A stretch of 62,477 bases of DNA from Seison nebaliae (lineage: Eukaryota), in NCBI GenBank assembly GCA_023231475.1, contig JALJEE010002025.1, forward strand, positions 1 through 62,477, given 5' to 3'. Numbering within the stretch: the first letter of the stretch is position 1; each line of letters begins with the position of its first letter. The position numbers were made by a program, and so were the translations under genes. A model generated the notes under the pieces. It was not told where the DNA came from. It saw only the letters and a list, made by a program, of their open reading frames with translations, and made no database searches. Below are positions 51,213 to 62,477 of the stretch, one piece after another.

Positions 51213-53991
51213 TTAGAAGAAAGAAAATTTCCAATTGTTAATTTTTTTAACCCCTTTCTCAATTGTTTTCCTCCATATCGATATTCGAAAGTCTATAAAG
51301 AAGAAATATTTGGAAATTTTCATAAAATCTTCTAACAATGATAAATCTTCAATCTTGTCTAATAAGTTATCTGTTTTCGTTTGAAATTGACAAACAACTG
51401 GTACTCGTTCGTTCACTATCTGGTTCTCATTACAATTATTCTTCACAAGTGCACACAAATTCTCTATAAATTCAGCCAGCGGTTTCTCATTTAATAGGCC
51501 ATCCACTTCGATGTCATCGTCTTCGTCAAGTGATGTGTCATTGTTAACGGTTCGATTTTGTTGTAAAAAGTTTAAACGGAAGTCTTCCTTTCTTTCTAAT
51601 GGAATTTCATTTATAGTATCTTCTTCCAATGTTTTCAGACGTTCAAATCGTGGAACGCGTGAAATGTGTCGAATGGGAAATGCTCTTGGTTTATTATAAA
51701 GGAATTGTTCAGAAGAGAATAATTCATCGCCTTCATCACTACTGAATATTGGTGTTAAGTTATCATATGAACCGGTATTCGCATTAAATGTTCGATTGAA
51801 ATTCTTCTTCTCTTTACGCTTTTCTCGTTTCTTCTTACTTCGAGTAACAGACAATACAACAAATGTCACCATGAAAGTGATTAGAATGAAATTGATACAA
51901 AGTGATGCAAGTAACGGGCGATCGTTTATTATTCGCTGAAAAAAATTGGCAAATTTATTACTAAATTGTTCGTTTCCTTCTGTTGAATTTAAATGAGATT
52001 TTATAGGAATTGTATAATTCCCAATAGTAGTTGTATTTTCAATCAGCGTTTTAGTAGATGTAGTGAAATTTTTAATGATGGTGCTGAAGAGTGTTGTGTT
52101 GATATATTGCGAAATTGTTGTTGTCGTCAAATTTTTCATTTCTCCACTAGTAGTCGAGGGAGTGAATGAAGTTAAGAAAACATTGATGATTGACGTCGTA
52201 GAAGTAGTTGAGTTATGTAGGATGGTTGTGGAGCTAAACGGTTTTGTCATGTTTGATGAAATTTTCAAAAACTTAGGAGCTGTCTGATTTATTCGATTTT
52301 TGGGGCTTTCAAGAATCGGAGCAATCGGAGTTGGAACTAAAGACTTTGAAGTTGAATGTGAGAACGATGGAGAAAGTGTGTTATCTTTCACTTTATCCTT
52401 TAACTCCTCATTAGAATAATCATTTTGAGGATTCTCCATCATTTGTTGGATACCTCCTCGATCGATTTGTTTATCGAAATCGATTAATGAGTCATCTATT
52501 ATGTCCAAATCTTTCTCCAATTTAATACCAGGATTAACATTATAATTGTAATTTTTCCGACTATCGATCTGCTGAGTATTTTGCGATGTCGTCGTGGTCA
52601 ACGTGGTTGTCGATGATATTTCGTTATTAGAACCAAATTCGTCTTTATCATTAAATTGTTCAATTTGAGAATTGTCCAAAGCGTCTTGGAAATAATTATA
52701 ATTTCCCAATTCATTCAACGTCTTCTTATAATCATTATCGATTTCCTGTTCGATTTTCGTTTCATTTCGAAGTAGTACTTCATCCTTTCTTTCTTCTTCA
52801 TCGGAAATATCATAAGAAATCGTTTCGTTAAAGTTATAGAAAGGGGTATTTCTAAAAAACTTTTTTAATTGAGCGACCAAATGTTCAGTGTCTAAAACGA
52901 AAGAAAAAAAAGAAAAGAAAAAGGAAATTAATTGGGATTTCTTGGAAATTTTTTTTTTCAAATTTATTGCAATTAATTCCTTAATCGTTAATCAATCAAT
53001 AATACATCATATCGTAATAGATCATCGCTCATTAATATCAAATAAATTAATGACCTGATGATGACATTCGTCGACGTTGATTCCTTCTATATAATTTCTT
53101 CTTTGATATATTACTCGACAATTGTTTAATGTAATCGAATAATGGAAGTGAAATGTCCACATTATTACTCTTCATTTCTGCTTGATTCATCCCTTTTTCA
53201 TGAGAGCCTTTTCTTTTATGTGAAATATCTTCTTCTTCTATTGATATGCCATTGTCGGTATTATTGATGATCTCCTCATGTTCTTCCGATCCTTCACTCT
53301 TACTCGTCGTACTTGTTGACGTTGTAGTCGTCGTTATTGTTGTTGTTGTTGTTATTGGTCCATACTCCTCCATGATATCTTCACCCATTGTTAATTGGGA
53401 TTTGGTCTGATTATCTTGAAGAATAACGTCGAGAAAAGAAGCAACAAATTTATCTTTTGTATCTCCTGTCTTATTTGGCCGATGTGTCGATGGAAAGAAG
53501 AGTGATCGAGTTTCATTTATTTCATCTTTCACATTCGGATACGTTTCATTAATCTGAACATTAGTGGACGAGTTATGGTTGTTTTTCTGATTGAAATCAA
53601 AAATTTTGTATTCTTCTAATTTTCCATTTTTCGATTTAATGTGTTGACGTCGCTGCTGTAGAGGAACGTTCGAGAAAACTCGGATTTTTTCAGGTTCGGC
53701 CTTTGCTGACGGTATATCATTCACCTCCACATCCATATCCTTCGAATTCTCATTCATGATATTCAATACGGTGTGGTAAACGGAAGCGGAATCATTCTTC
53801 TGTTTTGGCTTTCGCATTTGATCCAATAATTTTATATCTGTCTCACTTAACGTACTGCCGTCAGGTTTTACACTCTCCTTATCCACAATTTCATCATATC
53901 CTACCAAATCATAAAGAGACTTAAAGTCTGTCAATTCACCGTTTATTTGTGAAAACGTAAACAATATCGAAATGAATAGAAACGAGCGCAT
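51213..53991 (-). CDS. Mucin-like single-pass type I membrane protein, 2 exons
   Basis: Signal peptide MRSFLFISILFTFSQING, Ser/Thr-rich ectodomain with many NxS/T sites, TM LLASLCINFILITFMVTFVVLSV followed by a basic run. Intron 52892-53054 has a GTC donor. Confidence 0.7.
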
Positions 53992-54401
53992 AATTTCAAA
54001 AAATATTTTTTTAATCAATAACAATTCCAGTTTGTCTCAAATTGGATTAAACTCCTTCAATTTATATCCATTTCAATCAATTCATTTAATTTGTGAAAGT
54101 TCAAAAAAGTATTGGATTCATTTCAATTTTATTCATTATCCACAAACAAAGGAAAAATTTTCTATTTCATTTATATTCTATTTTTCGTTTATGCTACTCT
54201 TTCTCATCTCGAATTTCCGTGAAATTTTTAATTTAATTAATCTTAATTCACTTCAAATCGAGATTCAATCGGATGATCCATTTTCCGCCAAACTCAAGTA
54301 ACATCAATCTAATTCAGTAAATATTTCCAACTTTGTCGTTTGCAATTTCACGAGATTCATTTTCTTCATTAAACGAAATATAAGAAAAAGAAAGAAATGA
54401 A

Positions 54402-57400
54402 TTAAGAGAAAACTTTGGGTAAATTCTCTCCATCAATTTCCGTTTGTTCCATCATTTTTCCTTCTCTTTCTTCAATTTTCGAAGTTGGAAAATTATCCGA
54501 AATTTTTCCATCAACTAAATCGGTTGATGGTAATGAATTATCATCATTCTTATCAGAGATACTATTGTCAGTGTCTTCCACTGATTCGGATGATTGGGAG
54601 TAACTTCCAATTTTTCTCTCATGATTCCGTTTCTTTCGCTGTCTTCTAGCACGGTTCTTTAACGTTGTCATGGTGACGGGATTGTCTTGTTCATCAAACT
54701 CTAAAATTTCGTCAGCTGAAATCGATTCAAGTGATAGACGTCGTTGACGTTTCAAATCTGGATTACGATCCAACAACGAGATGACAGATGTTCCTGGTTT
54801 GAAAACGGCACTTTGAATTCGATTTGAAAATCGAACATGTTTAGTTTGATGACAAGATTTGAAAGAGACATCATCGAAATCATCCAATTTATCGATTGAT
54901 GTGACTGAATCGGTAACTTTATCACTTTCCCCTTCATCATCCTGAACGTCATTCAAAGAGTATGAGCGACCAGAACTTTTGAGGATTCCTTTCAATTGTT
55001 TCTTCTCTTCACACGGAAAAGAAGAGAATGATTTGGACAAATGAAATTTGGTGGAATGTTCAGATTGAGAAATTCGTTCAGATAACGAATTAGTTCTTCC
55101 AAGTAAAGAGATGTCATCATTGAATTTATTCTGATTATTTTTCCTTAAAATTTCTTGTTTATTTTTCCGTTGATTTTCTCTCATTTTCTTATCTAATTTT
55201 ATTTGTTTTTTTGTTCTCTTCCTTCGATTTTTCATATTCTTATTCTTCAACTCTCCATTCTTCCCATTTCTTTTTTCAGCGTCATCGGAAGTTGAGGTAC
55301 TTCCTCTCCTAACGAAACGTAAAACATTCGGTTGTTCCACTTCTTCTGGAATGTTCGTTGATTCCTGAACATTCTCTTCTTCTCCTTCATGCAATTTTCC
55401 CACTTGGTTATCTTTCTTATTCAAATTTGTCATTTCATCAACTTCTTCCTTCACCATCGATTGATCAGATTTTATACCATCTTCTTTCATATTATTAATT
55501 ACATCATCCTCTTCTTTCATTTGGAATTCATTCGTCGATTCTTCTAAATTATTTTCAATTTTTTCTGAGAGTTCCAGAATATTTTCAGTTTTCTCTGATA
55601 GTTCCAAATTATTTTCCGTTATTTTTGATAATTCCACAATATTTTCTGTTTTCTCCGATAGTTCCAAAATATTCTCAGTTTTCTCCAACTCATTTGAAAG
55701 ATTCTCTACATTTTTCAATTCTTCCAAAATATTTACAGTTTTCTTTGGATCATGTGAATCGTTCGTAACTTCTCCTCTTTCTGCACTTTTTTCTTCAACC
55801 GTCAAATGTGGTGACATATGATGCAGAGTAGAAATCTCTGTTAAATTCGATTCCAAATTACACCATCCATTTTTATCAGTTTCATTCACTTTTAAGTCGT
55901 TATGTTGAATTTCCTCAATAACTTCAATGCCTTTGAATTGGAATTCTGACGGAAGATCACACTTCTTTTCAATATCATTCACTTTCTCATTATTCTTCTC
56001 TTCTCTATCAATGGTAATTTTAGGTTTGATATGTTCGAGAATTGGTAGCCGAACGGTTAACTGATAACTGGCTGATTTGAATTCTGCCGTCGCTTCATCA
56101 ATATTAAATCGGAATCGTTTGAATTCCTTTTGTAATTCAAATTTCCCATCTTTAGTTTCGACTTTAACACTGTTCTCAAATACATCTAATTCTACATCAT
56201 CTAATGAATATAGAGGTAAATCCATCACAATCTTCAATGAAGTTGCTTCATTTCCTCTAATATTCGACTTTTCAGTACCAGGAACAATAGGCGCATCTAA
56301 TTTCCCCCAATCTTCATAACAATGAATAACTTGATATTTCGGTGTTTGTTTCTCCAATTTTTTCTCTTCTTTTATAATTATTTTCTTTTTCTCTATCGAT
56401 TCCTTTTTCGTTCCTTCCAAATTGAGTTTCTTTTCCATAAATTTCCGCATATTCTCATTTTCCTCTTCTCCTTTCAATTGTTTTGCAAATTCATCGACCG
56501 AAACATTCCTCACAACACACGCCTTCATTACTCCTTTACATTTCATTTTAGGATATTTGAGATTGCGTGACAATTTCACATTATATGTTTTCTCCACAAC
56601 TTCCACTGCAACTGATTCGATCGCTTGTTTCATTTGTCGCAACTTTCCTCCCAATTCTATCGTTTTCGGATGGAAAACTACGTCAACTGCTACACTTTCC
56701 CGTTGGACATGATCGACACAATCCCGTTTGGGACACATGGAATGTGGTATGTTCCACACCATCTTCTCCCGACAAAATTTCGCTTCGGCAACTTCTTTGC
56801 ACGTACCAATATTGATGAACCATTTCGTCTTATCTGAAAGAAAAATAAATTCAAAATTTAATTTCTTTCGAGTAACTTCGATCTTCAGTAATCGTTTTTA
56901 CAACGTATTGTGGGGATGGATGAATAAATTTCACATTAGCATGTCCTCGTTCCTTCTCCAACTCGATTATTTCATTTTCATATAATTCTCTAATATTCGG
57001 AAGAAACAAATTTTATAAATTGTTTAACAAATTTGTAAGTGAAATTTTAAGTGAAAACTAAAATAAATGAAGAAATGATCAAGTAAAAATTTGAAATAAT
57101 TTCAAGAATTCTAAATTTTAAGAGAACTGAATTTAAATTCATTTGAAAAGAAATTAGAGAATTAGAGGGAAGTTGATTGGGAGAAGAAGAGACGAATTAA
57201 ATTAATAAATTAAATAGAAATTGATAGAAAGATTGGTAAGAGAAATAACCGATTTTCAGGACTTTCCAGTTCCTGAGCATATTGAGCAAATAATTTACAA
57301 AATTCTTTACTTTTAAAAGCATTCTTCAAATTACTCATCTCATCTTGTGAGAGATTGAGATCTTTCAACTTCTTAAAACTCTCGTCCTTCTCCCGATTAG

Positions 57401-57425
57401 TTGTCTTTGTTGTCGTTTCATTCAT
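54402..57425 (-). CDS. DNAAF2: Protein kintoun (PIH1-domain dynein assembly factor), 3 exons
   Basis: AFKSKEFCKLFAQYAQEL..PENRELYENEIIELEKERG..VKFIHP, WNIPHS, DVVFHP, PKMKCKG, CS domain, LKGILK and KHVRF. Confidence 0.9.
55537..55690 (-). repeat. Coding tandem repeat, about 5 x 30 nt (EKTENILELS)
   Basis: EKTENILELS EKTENIVELS KITENNLELS EKTENILELS EKIENNLEES within DNAAF2. Confidence 0.85.
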
Positions 57426-58307
57426 TTCCAGTTGACTTTCCTTTCCGAAATTAGCAAGCTATTTGTATAAACGGAAATTTATTGGACACCAATCGTCATC
57501 TTAACAATTTGGAGATAGACGTGTCTCTCAATTTTCATCGCTTGCCCATCCATTTTCCAACAATTCTGATTTAAGAATCAAGCTGAATTTTTCCGTTTAC
57601 CTTATCAACAATGAATAAATGTAACGGGCGTGACCTTTCTCATCTTTCAAATGAGTAATAAGAATATGTGTTCTATTGATATTTTAAATTATTCTATATC
57701 GTAAATAAAGTAGCTTGATCATTTTATATTATTATTATATAAAAGTTACACCTTGAATCATCTATTGTCATTAAACCGACATATCTCCCATGTATTGCGG
57801 ATGAATTTCAAAGAGAAATATTGTCTAGATCATTTCTTCATTTACTTATTCATCAGTTTTGTAATTTACTTTTTTCAAATTGAATAAAATATTTCTTAGA
57901 ATTTAAGTTTATTATTTTTTTTTAAAAATTTCATATTTCCGTGCTCTGATATATTGGATTGATCCAATTGAAACGATATAATTTAAATTAATTTATCAGA
58001 TAATAAATTTAGTTTTCCTAATCTTAATCCAATTAAATTGACAGTTGTTATTAATGATAGTAATTGATATGGAGTAATGAAGAATTAAGCTCAAAATATG
58101 AATCGAATAATTTTGAATTTGAGTAAGAATAATTTCAGAGGAGAGAAAACGGAAATTATAGGAATCTCATGTTACTATTGACAACCACTTACTCAATTAT
58201 ACGGAATTTTCTTTTTAAAATAATACCATACGTATTATAGGAGAAGAAAAGTTAATCATTTTTTATTAATATTCTTCGTTTGTTCTTCTATACAAATTGA
58301 ACGAAAG

Positions 58308-58900
58308 ATGGGACTTCTCTCGTTTTTGAAGAAGATGCAATCGAAAAATTCCGCAAAGGAATTACGCATCGTAATCTTGGGACTTGATAACTCAGGTAAA
58401 ACGACTATTCTCAAAAGTCTCGCTAAAGAGAACATCCAACAAGTGACACCCACGCAAGGTTATTGTCATTGTCTGTGACTAATTTATTAATAGTCAATTT
58501 CTTAGGATTTAATGTGAAAACTGTTCAGTCAGAAAATATGAAACTAAACTTGTGGGATATTGGTGGACAACGGAATATTCGATCGTATTGGAATAATTAT
58601 CTAGAACATACAGATATTTTAATATTCGTAATTGATAGTTCGGATCGGCAAAGATTCGAAGAAACAGCTATCGAACTGGATGAATTGACATGTAACGACC
58701 AGTTGAATGGAGTACCTTTACTAGTTTTCGCGAACAAACAAGATTTACCTAACGCCAGTCGAGATGAAGAAATTGCTCACACACTCCAATTACATACTAT
58801 TAAGAATCGTGATTGGCACATTCAGCCATGCTGCGCGTTAAGTGGTGAAGGCTTAGCGGATGGTATGCAATGGATTGGAAGGAAATCTAATGAAATGTAA
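58308..58900 (+). CDS. ARL3: ADP-ribosylation factor-like protein 3, 2 exons
   Basis: [54 protein letters not shown]. Intron 58459-58505. Confidence 0.93.
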
Positions 58901-58919
58901 TAATATGTCTTTTTCGTTT

Positions 58920-58958
58920 CCTCTCTCTATGTATCTCTCTCTCTCTCTCTCTTTCTCT
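58920..58958. repeat. (CT)n microsatellite in the ARL3 3' region
   Basis: ctctctctatgtatctctctctctctctctctttctct. Confidence 0.8.
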
Positions 58959-59224
58959 TGATCTTGAGTTGTGGTTTTCCTATGAGTTTTCTCCTCTAAT
59001 CTCTCTATTTCTTACGCTCATTCTTTAACATTGTTTAAATGATGAATAAGTTATCTAAATAAAATTTGACCGATGGTAAATCAATTTTCTCCAATAATCT
59101 TTGTTTAAAGATAAGAATAAAGAAAATTTGTCAAAAAAGGAAATAACATTGAATTTTAGCTTTGAAGCCAATTAACATTTATTAAAATAATGAAGATTCG
59201 TTTCTCCAATTAACATCAATTAGA

Positions 59225-60349
59225 ATGGCGGAACAACAATTAAGGAAGAAAATAAAAGATAAAGTTGGGGAAACGGCCACGATCGATGAATCGCTGTTAT
59301 GCGATGTGACGACATGTGAAGAAAAAGAGAATGCCATTGAATCTTGTGGTCCTATGAAAGTTAATGAATTGGAATCGGAAGGAATCTCTTCAGCTGATTG
59401 TCTACGATTATCGCGTGCAGGTTATGTTTCCGTCGAATCTGTTGCATATGCGATGCGTCGCAATTTGGTAGAAGTGGAGGGATTATCAGAAGCGAAAGTT
59501 GCTCGAATAATAGTTAGTGTTTCTTTAATTTTTTTAATGCATTTCTTCTGAAAGAAATCTGCACAAAAACTTGTGCCTATCGGATTCTCTACAGCAACGT
59601 CTCTCTATCAACAACGAGCGGAGATGATAAAGATTTGTACTGGTTCTGCGCAACTTGACAAGTTGTTAGGAGGCGGAATTGAGACTGGAAGTATCACTGA
59701 AATTATTGGGGATTTCAGAACGGGAAAATCACAATTATGCCATCAATTAATTGTGTGTTGTCAATTGCCGATTTCTTTAGGTGGAGCGGGTGGGAAAGCA
59801 TTATTTCTGGATACCAGTGGTTGTTTTCGACCTGAACGAGTGATATCAATAGCTCAACGATATAACCTAGATCCAAATGCAGTTCTGAATAATATCAGTT
59901 ATACGAAAGTGCCAAACTCGGAGGCACAAATGCAATTGTTACAACAAGCAGCAGAAATTATGATACAAGCGAGATATGCTATTTTGGTAGTAGATAGTGC
60001 TACTGAATTATTTCGTACTGATTATCAAGGTCGAGGAGAATTGGCCGATCGTCAACAATCGCTAGCTCGATTTATGAGATTACTCCAGAAATTATCTTAC
60101 GAATTTGGCGTGGCTGTTGTGGTGACGAATCAAGTAGTTGCCAATGTTGACGGAGGAATGTATTCTGGTGAAAACAAGAAACCCATCGGTGGCCACATCA
60201 TGGGTCATATGTCTCATTCGCGATTAATGTTAAGGAAAGGTAAAGGCAATGTGCGAATTTGTAAAATTTATTCTAGTCCATCATTAGCTGAAGGAGAAGC
60301 GAAATTCGAGATTCAGTCTGATGGAATCACGGATGAAACGGTCGACTAG
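59225..60349 (+). CDS. RAD51: RAD51-family recombinase (divergent), 2 exons
   Basis: HhH N-domain, [43 protein letters not shown] and KPIGG. Intron 59513-59554. Confidence 0.85.
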
Positions 60350-60518
60350 ATTTAACGTGTTTTCTCATATTTATCATTTACCTTATCGTATTATTCAATA
60401 TTAAAAAAAAATCTATATTTTGATATTCTAAAATAAACATTGTTATTGTTATTTAATGATAGGAAATTCGGTTTGTGAAGATAAATTGTTCTTCTAACGA
60501 ATGTTGGCCAATATTAAT

Positions 60519-61234
60519 TTAGACGATATGTAAATAATCTACAGTACAGTCACCTCGTACCATAACATGATCAACATATTGGAAATTTTCACGATGACGA
60601 AATTCACCGAAATGTCGTCCATTAATCGCAATCTGTTTAATGGAAATAACATTTTTTAAAGGAAAACTTAGAAACTACGAACCTTGTAGTCAAACGGAGT
60701 GCAATGGACCATAATTTCAAATTGTTGTCCCGGCATCATGTTGAACGGTTCACCATGTCTTTCTTCATTTGACCAGTTACCTTGAATTGCTGAATTTCGT
60801 ACTATGCAATGTTCACTCACACGAGGATTTATATGGAGGAAAACATCTTGAATTTCAGTCGAGTATCCCCGTTGTAGGTTTAGTGAAAATCCATCGTTTG
60901 TTAAGGTTCCTCGAAATACAACCGTTTTACCAATTTGCATTCCGCCCATAACTGGCACACAATAAGGAGTATTGAATCCGCGGAAACCTCCCTGGAAAGA
61001 AGGACCAAAATTGAATTTATTTACCCAATCGTTACCATACCCCCCTCCCATTGGATTGGCACCACCCATTGGTGGAGCACCACCCATTGGTGGAGCACCA
61101 GGATAGCCACCTTGCTGAGGATAGGTTGCACCACCATAAGGTTGTTGATTCGGATATCCACCGGGATAGCCACCTGGACCACCTGGCGGTGGTTGATATC
61201 CACCGGGACCGCCTGGATTCATTGGATAATTCAT
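60519..61234 (-). CDS. Galectin with a Gly/Pro/Tyr-rich N-terminal tail and one CRD, 2 exons
   Basis: PGGYPGGYP-type tail. CRD FLHINPR..IVRNS..GNWSNEER..YK/IAINGRHFGEFRHR. Intron 60633-60682. Confidence 0.9.
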
Positions 61235-62477
61235 TCTTCTTGATATAATTAAACGATTCTTTTTAAAATGTAAACTGTTGACTTTTTATATTAAATATTA
61301 CTATTATGTACACAAAACTATGATAACATGGGAAACTTATATGATTTAATCTCTTTTATTTACATAAGAGATTGTGTTCACCGGAATAATTTAGCAATTG
61401 CCCAATGCTTAATTTACATAGACATTCACTTATAGTCATTTTATGATGATTCATTTATTTCGAATTCATCTCTCATCGTTATTGTATTTCCTCTTAATGG
61501 CGTTAAGTTTGTGAAATGTTTAATTATCATTTTTCAAAGTAATGATGATATACATTTGACTTTATGTAAAGGAGTAAAATATAATCATTCGTAATTTGTA
61601 AGGTGCCAATTTAAAAATAATTAAATGAAATATTTTAATGCTTCATTAGTTCAGTTTGATGATCCAAACGATAATAAAAAGTTATAAGAAAAAAACCAAT
61701 TCCATTTGATTTTAGAAAGGGAAAAAATCCAGATTGTCCTTTTTTGTTTTCCATAGATACACTTATTGTTCTATTTTGGCAATAAACAGAACGATAAGCA
61801 ATAGGAAAACTAAATAGTTGAACAGATTGCTGTTCAGGACAGAACAATTTTCCCCAATAAATTGGAATAATTCGACCAAAGATCTGCGAATATTTTTTGA
61901 GACAATTTTCATTTAGAAGTTGACCATATAAATTTATAATATAAATTCTATAAATCTACTACTCCACAAAATTATAAAACCTATCAAAATACATGTGAAA
62001 CCAATAATCAATAATTAAATTCCAGAAAATTTTAGAACTTCTATGACACATCTTTTAAAATTGAACTCTGTACAAAAGCGGTCAACAGCCGATGCTTTCT
62101 TCAACCGTATTGTGTATAGCAGTTTACACTTTCTTGTTTACTTCTTTGGAAACTTTGTACACTGAAAATATAACCCAATCTCTTATTTAGTCGATATTTA
62201 TAGAATTATCCCATATCCCCTATAATAGTTTAACATTGAAGAATTAATTTTAGAATAATTGATCGTTCGATACTTTTCAATGAATTTCAATATTACACCA
62301 AATACAGATTATTCTTTTATGTATTGTGGAAAGCAGAATAAGAATTTTTAAGTGAAATATCTTAAGCGATTTAGAATAACGAAAGAAAAAGAAAGAAACT
62401 TTTGAAAAGTTGATTCATGATAATTTTATATTGAAAAGCATATTTGGTTCCTTCATAAAAGACTCATCATTAGAATT

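Noticed and set aside
61635..62200. Coding-like patches on the minus strand at the window end
   Set aside because: In-frame stops and no recognisable domain, so no gene model could be supported.
1..62477. Assigning a species (a compact-genome spiralian such as a seisonid is a guess)
   Set aside because: No diagnostic marker can be verified without a database search. BLAST of RPS15 and TBC1D23 would settle it.

Overview
AT-rich, gene-dense nuclear DNA from an invertebrate animal. Metazoan markers include an Ig-receptor tyrosine kinase, a DEG/ENaC channel, a galectin, a Ly6 protein and an ADAM-type protein. DNAAF2, ARL3 and ANKUB1 imply motile cilia. About 20 protein-coding genes are split by very short introns, mostly 34-65 nt, so the ORF track fragments many of them and misses a globin and a Ly6/quiver gene. 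The window also holds one tRNA-Pro(TGG) and a decayed non-LTR retrotransposon. The main signal is the splice code. I rebuilt about 65 coding introns by hand from frame and homology: about 62 start GTT, one GTC, one GTA and one is ambiguous. +5G is not conserved and about a third end in AAG. This suggests a lineage with rewired 5' splice-site recognition. Other oddities are a RAD51 with DMC1-like loop residues and no catalytic Glu, a probable GH65 pseudo-enzyme, an ADAM-like protein with an HQxxH motif, and a galectin-3-like chimeric galectin. All exon joins are manual and lack transcript support.
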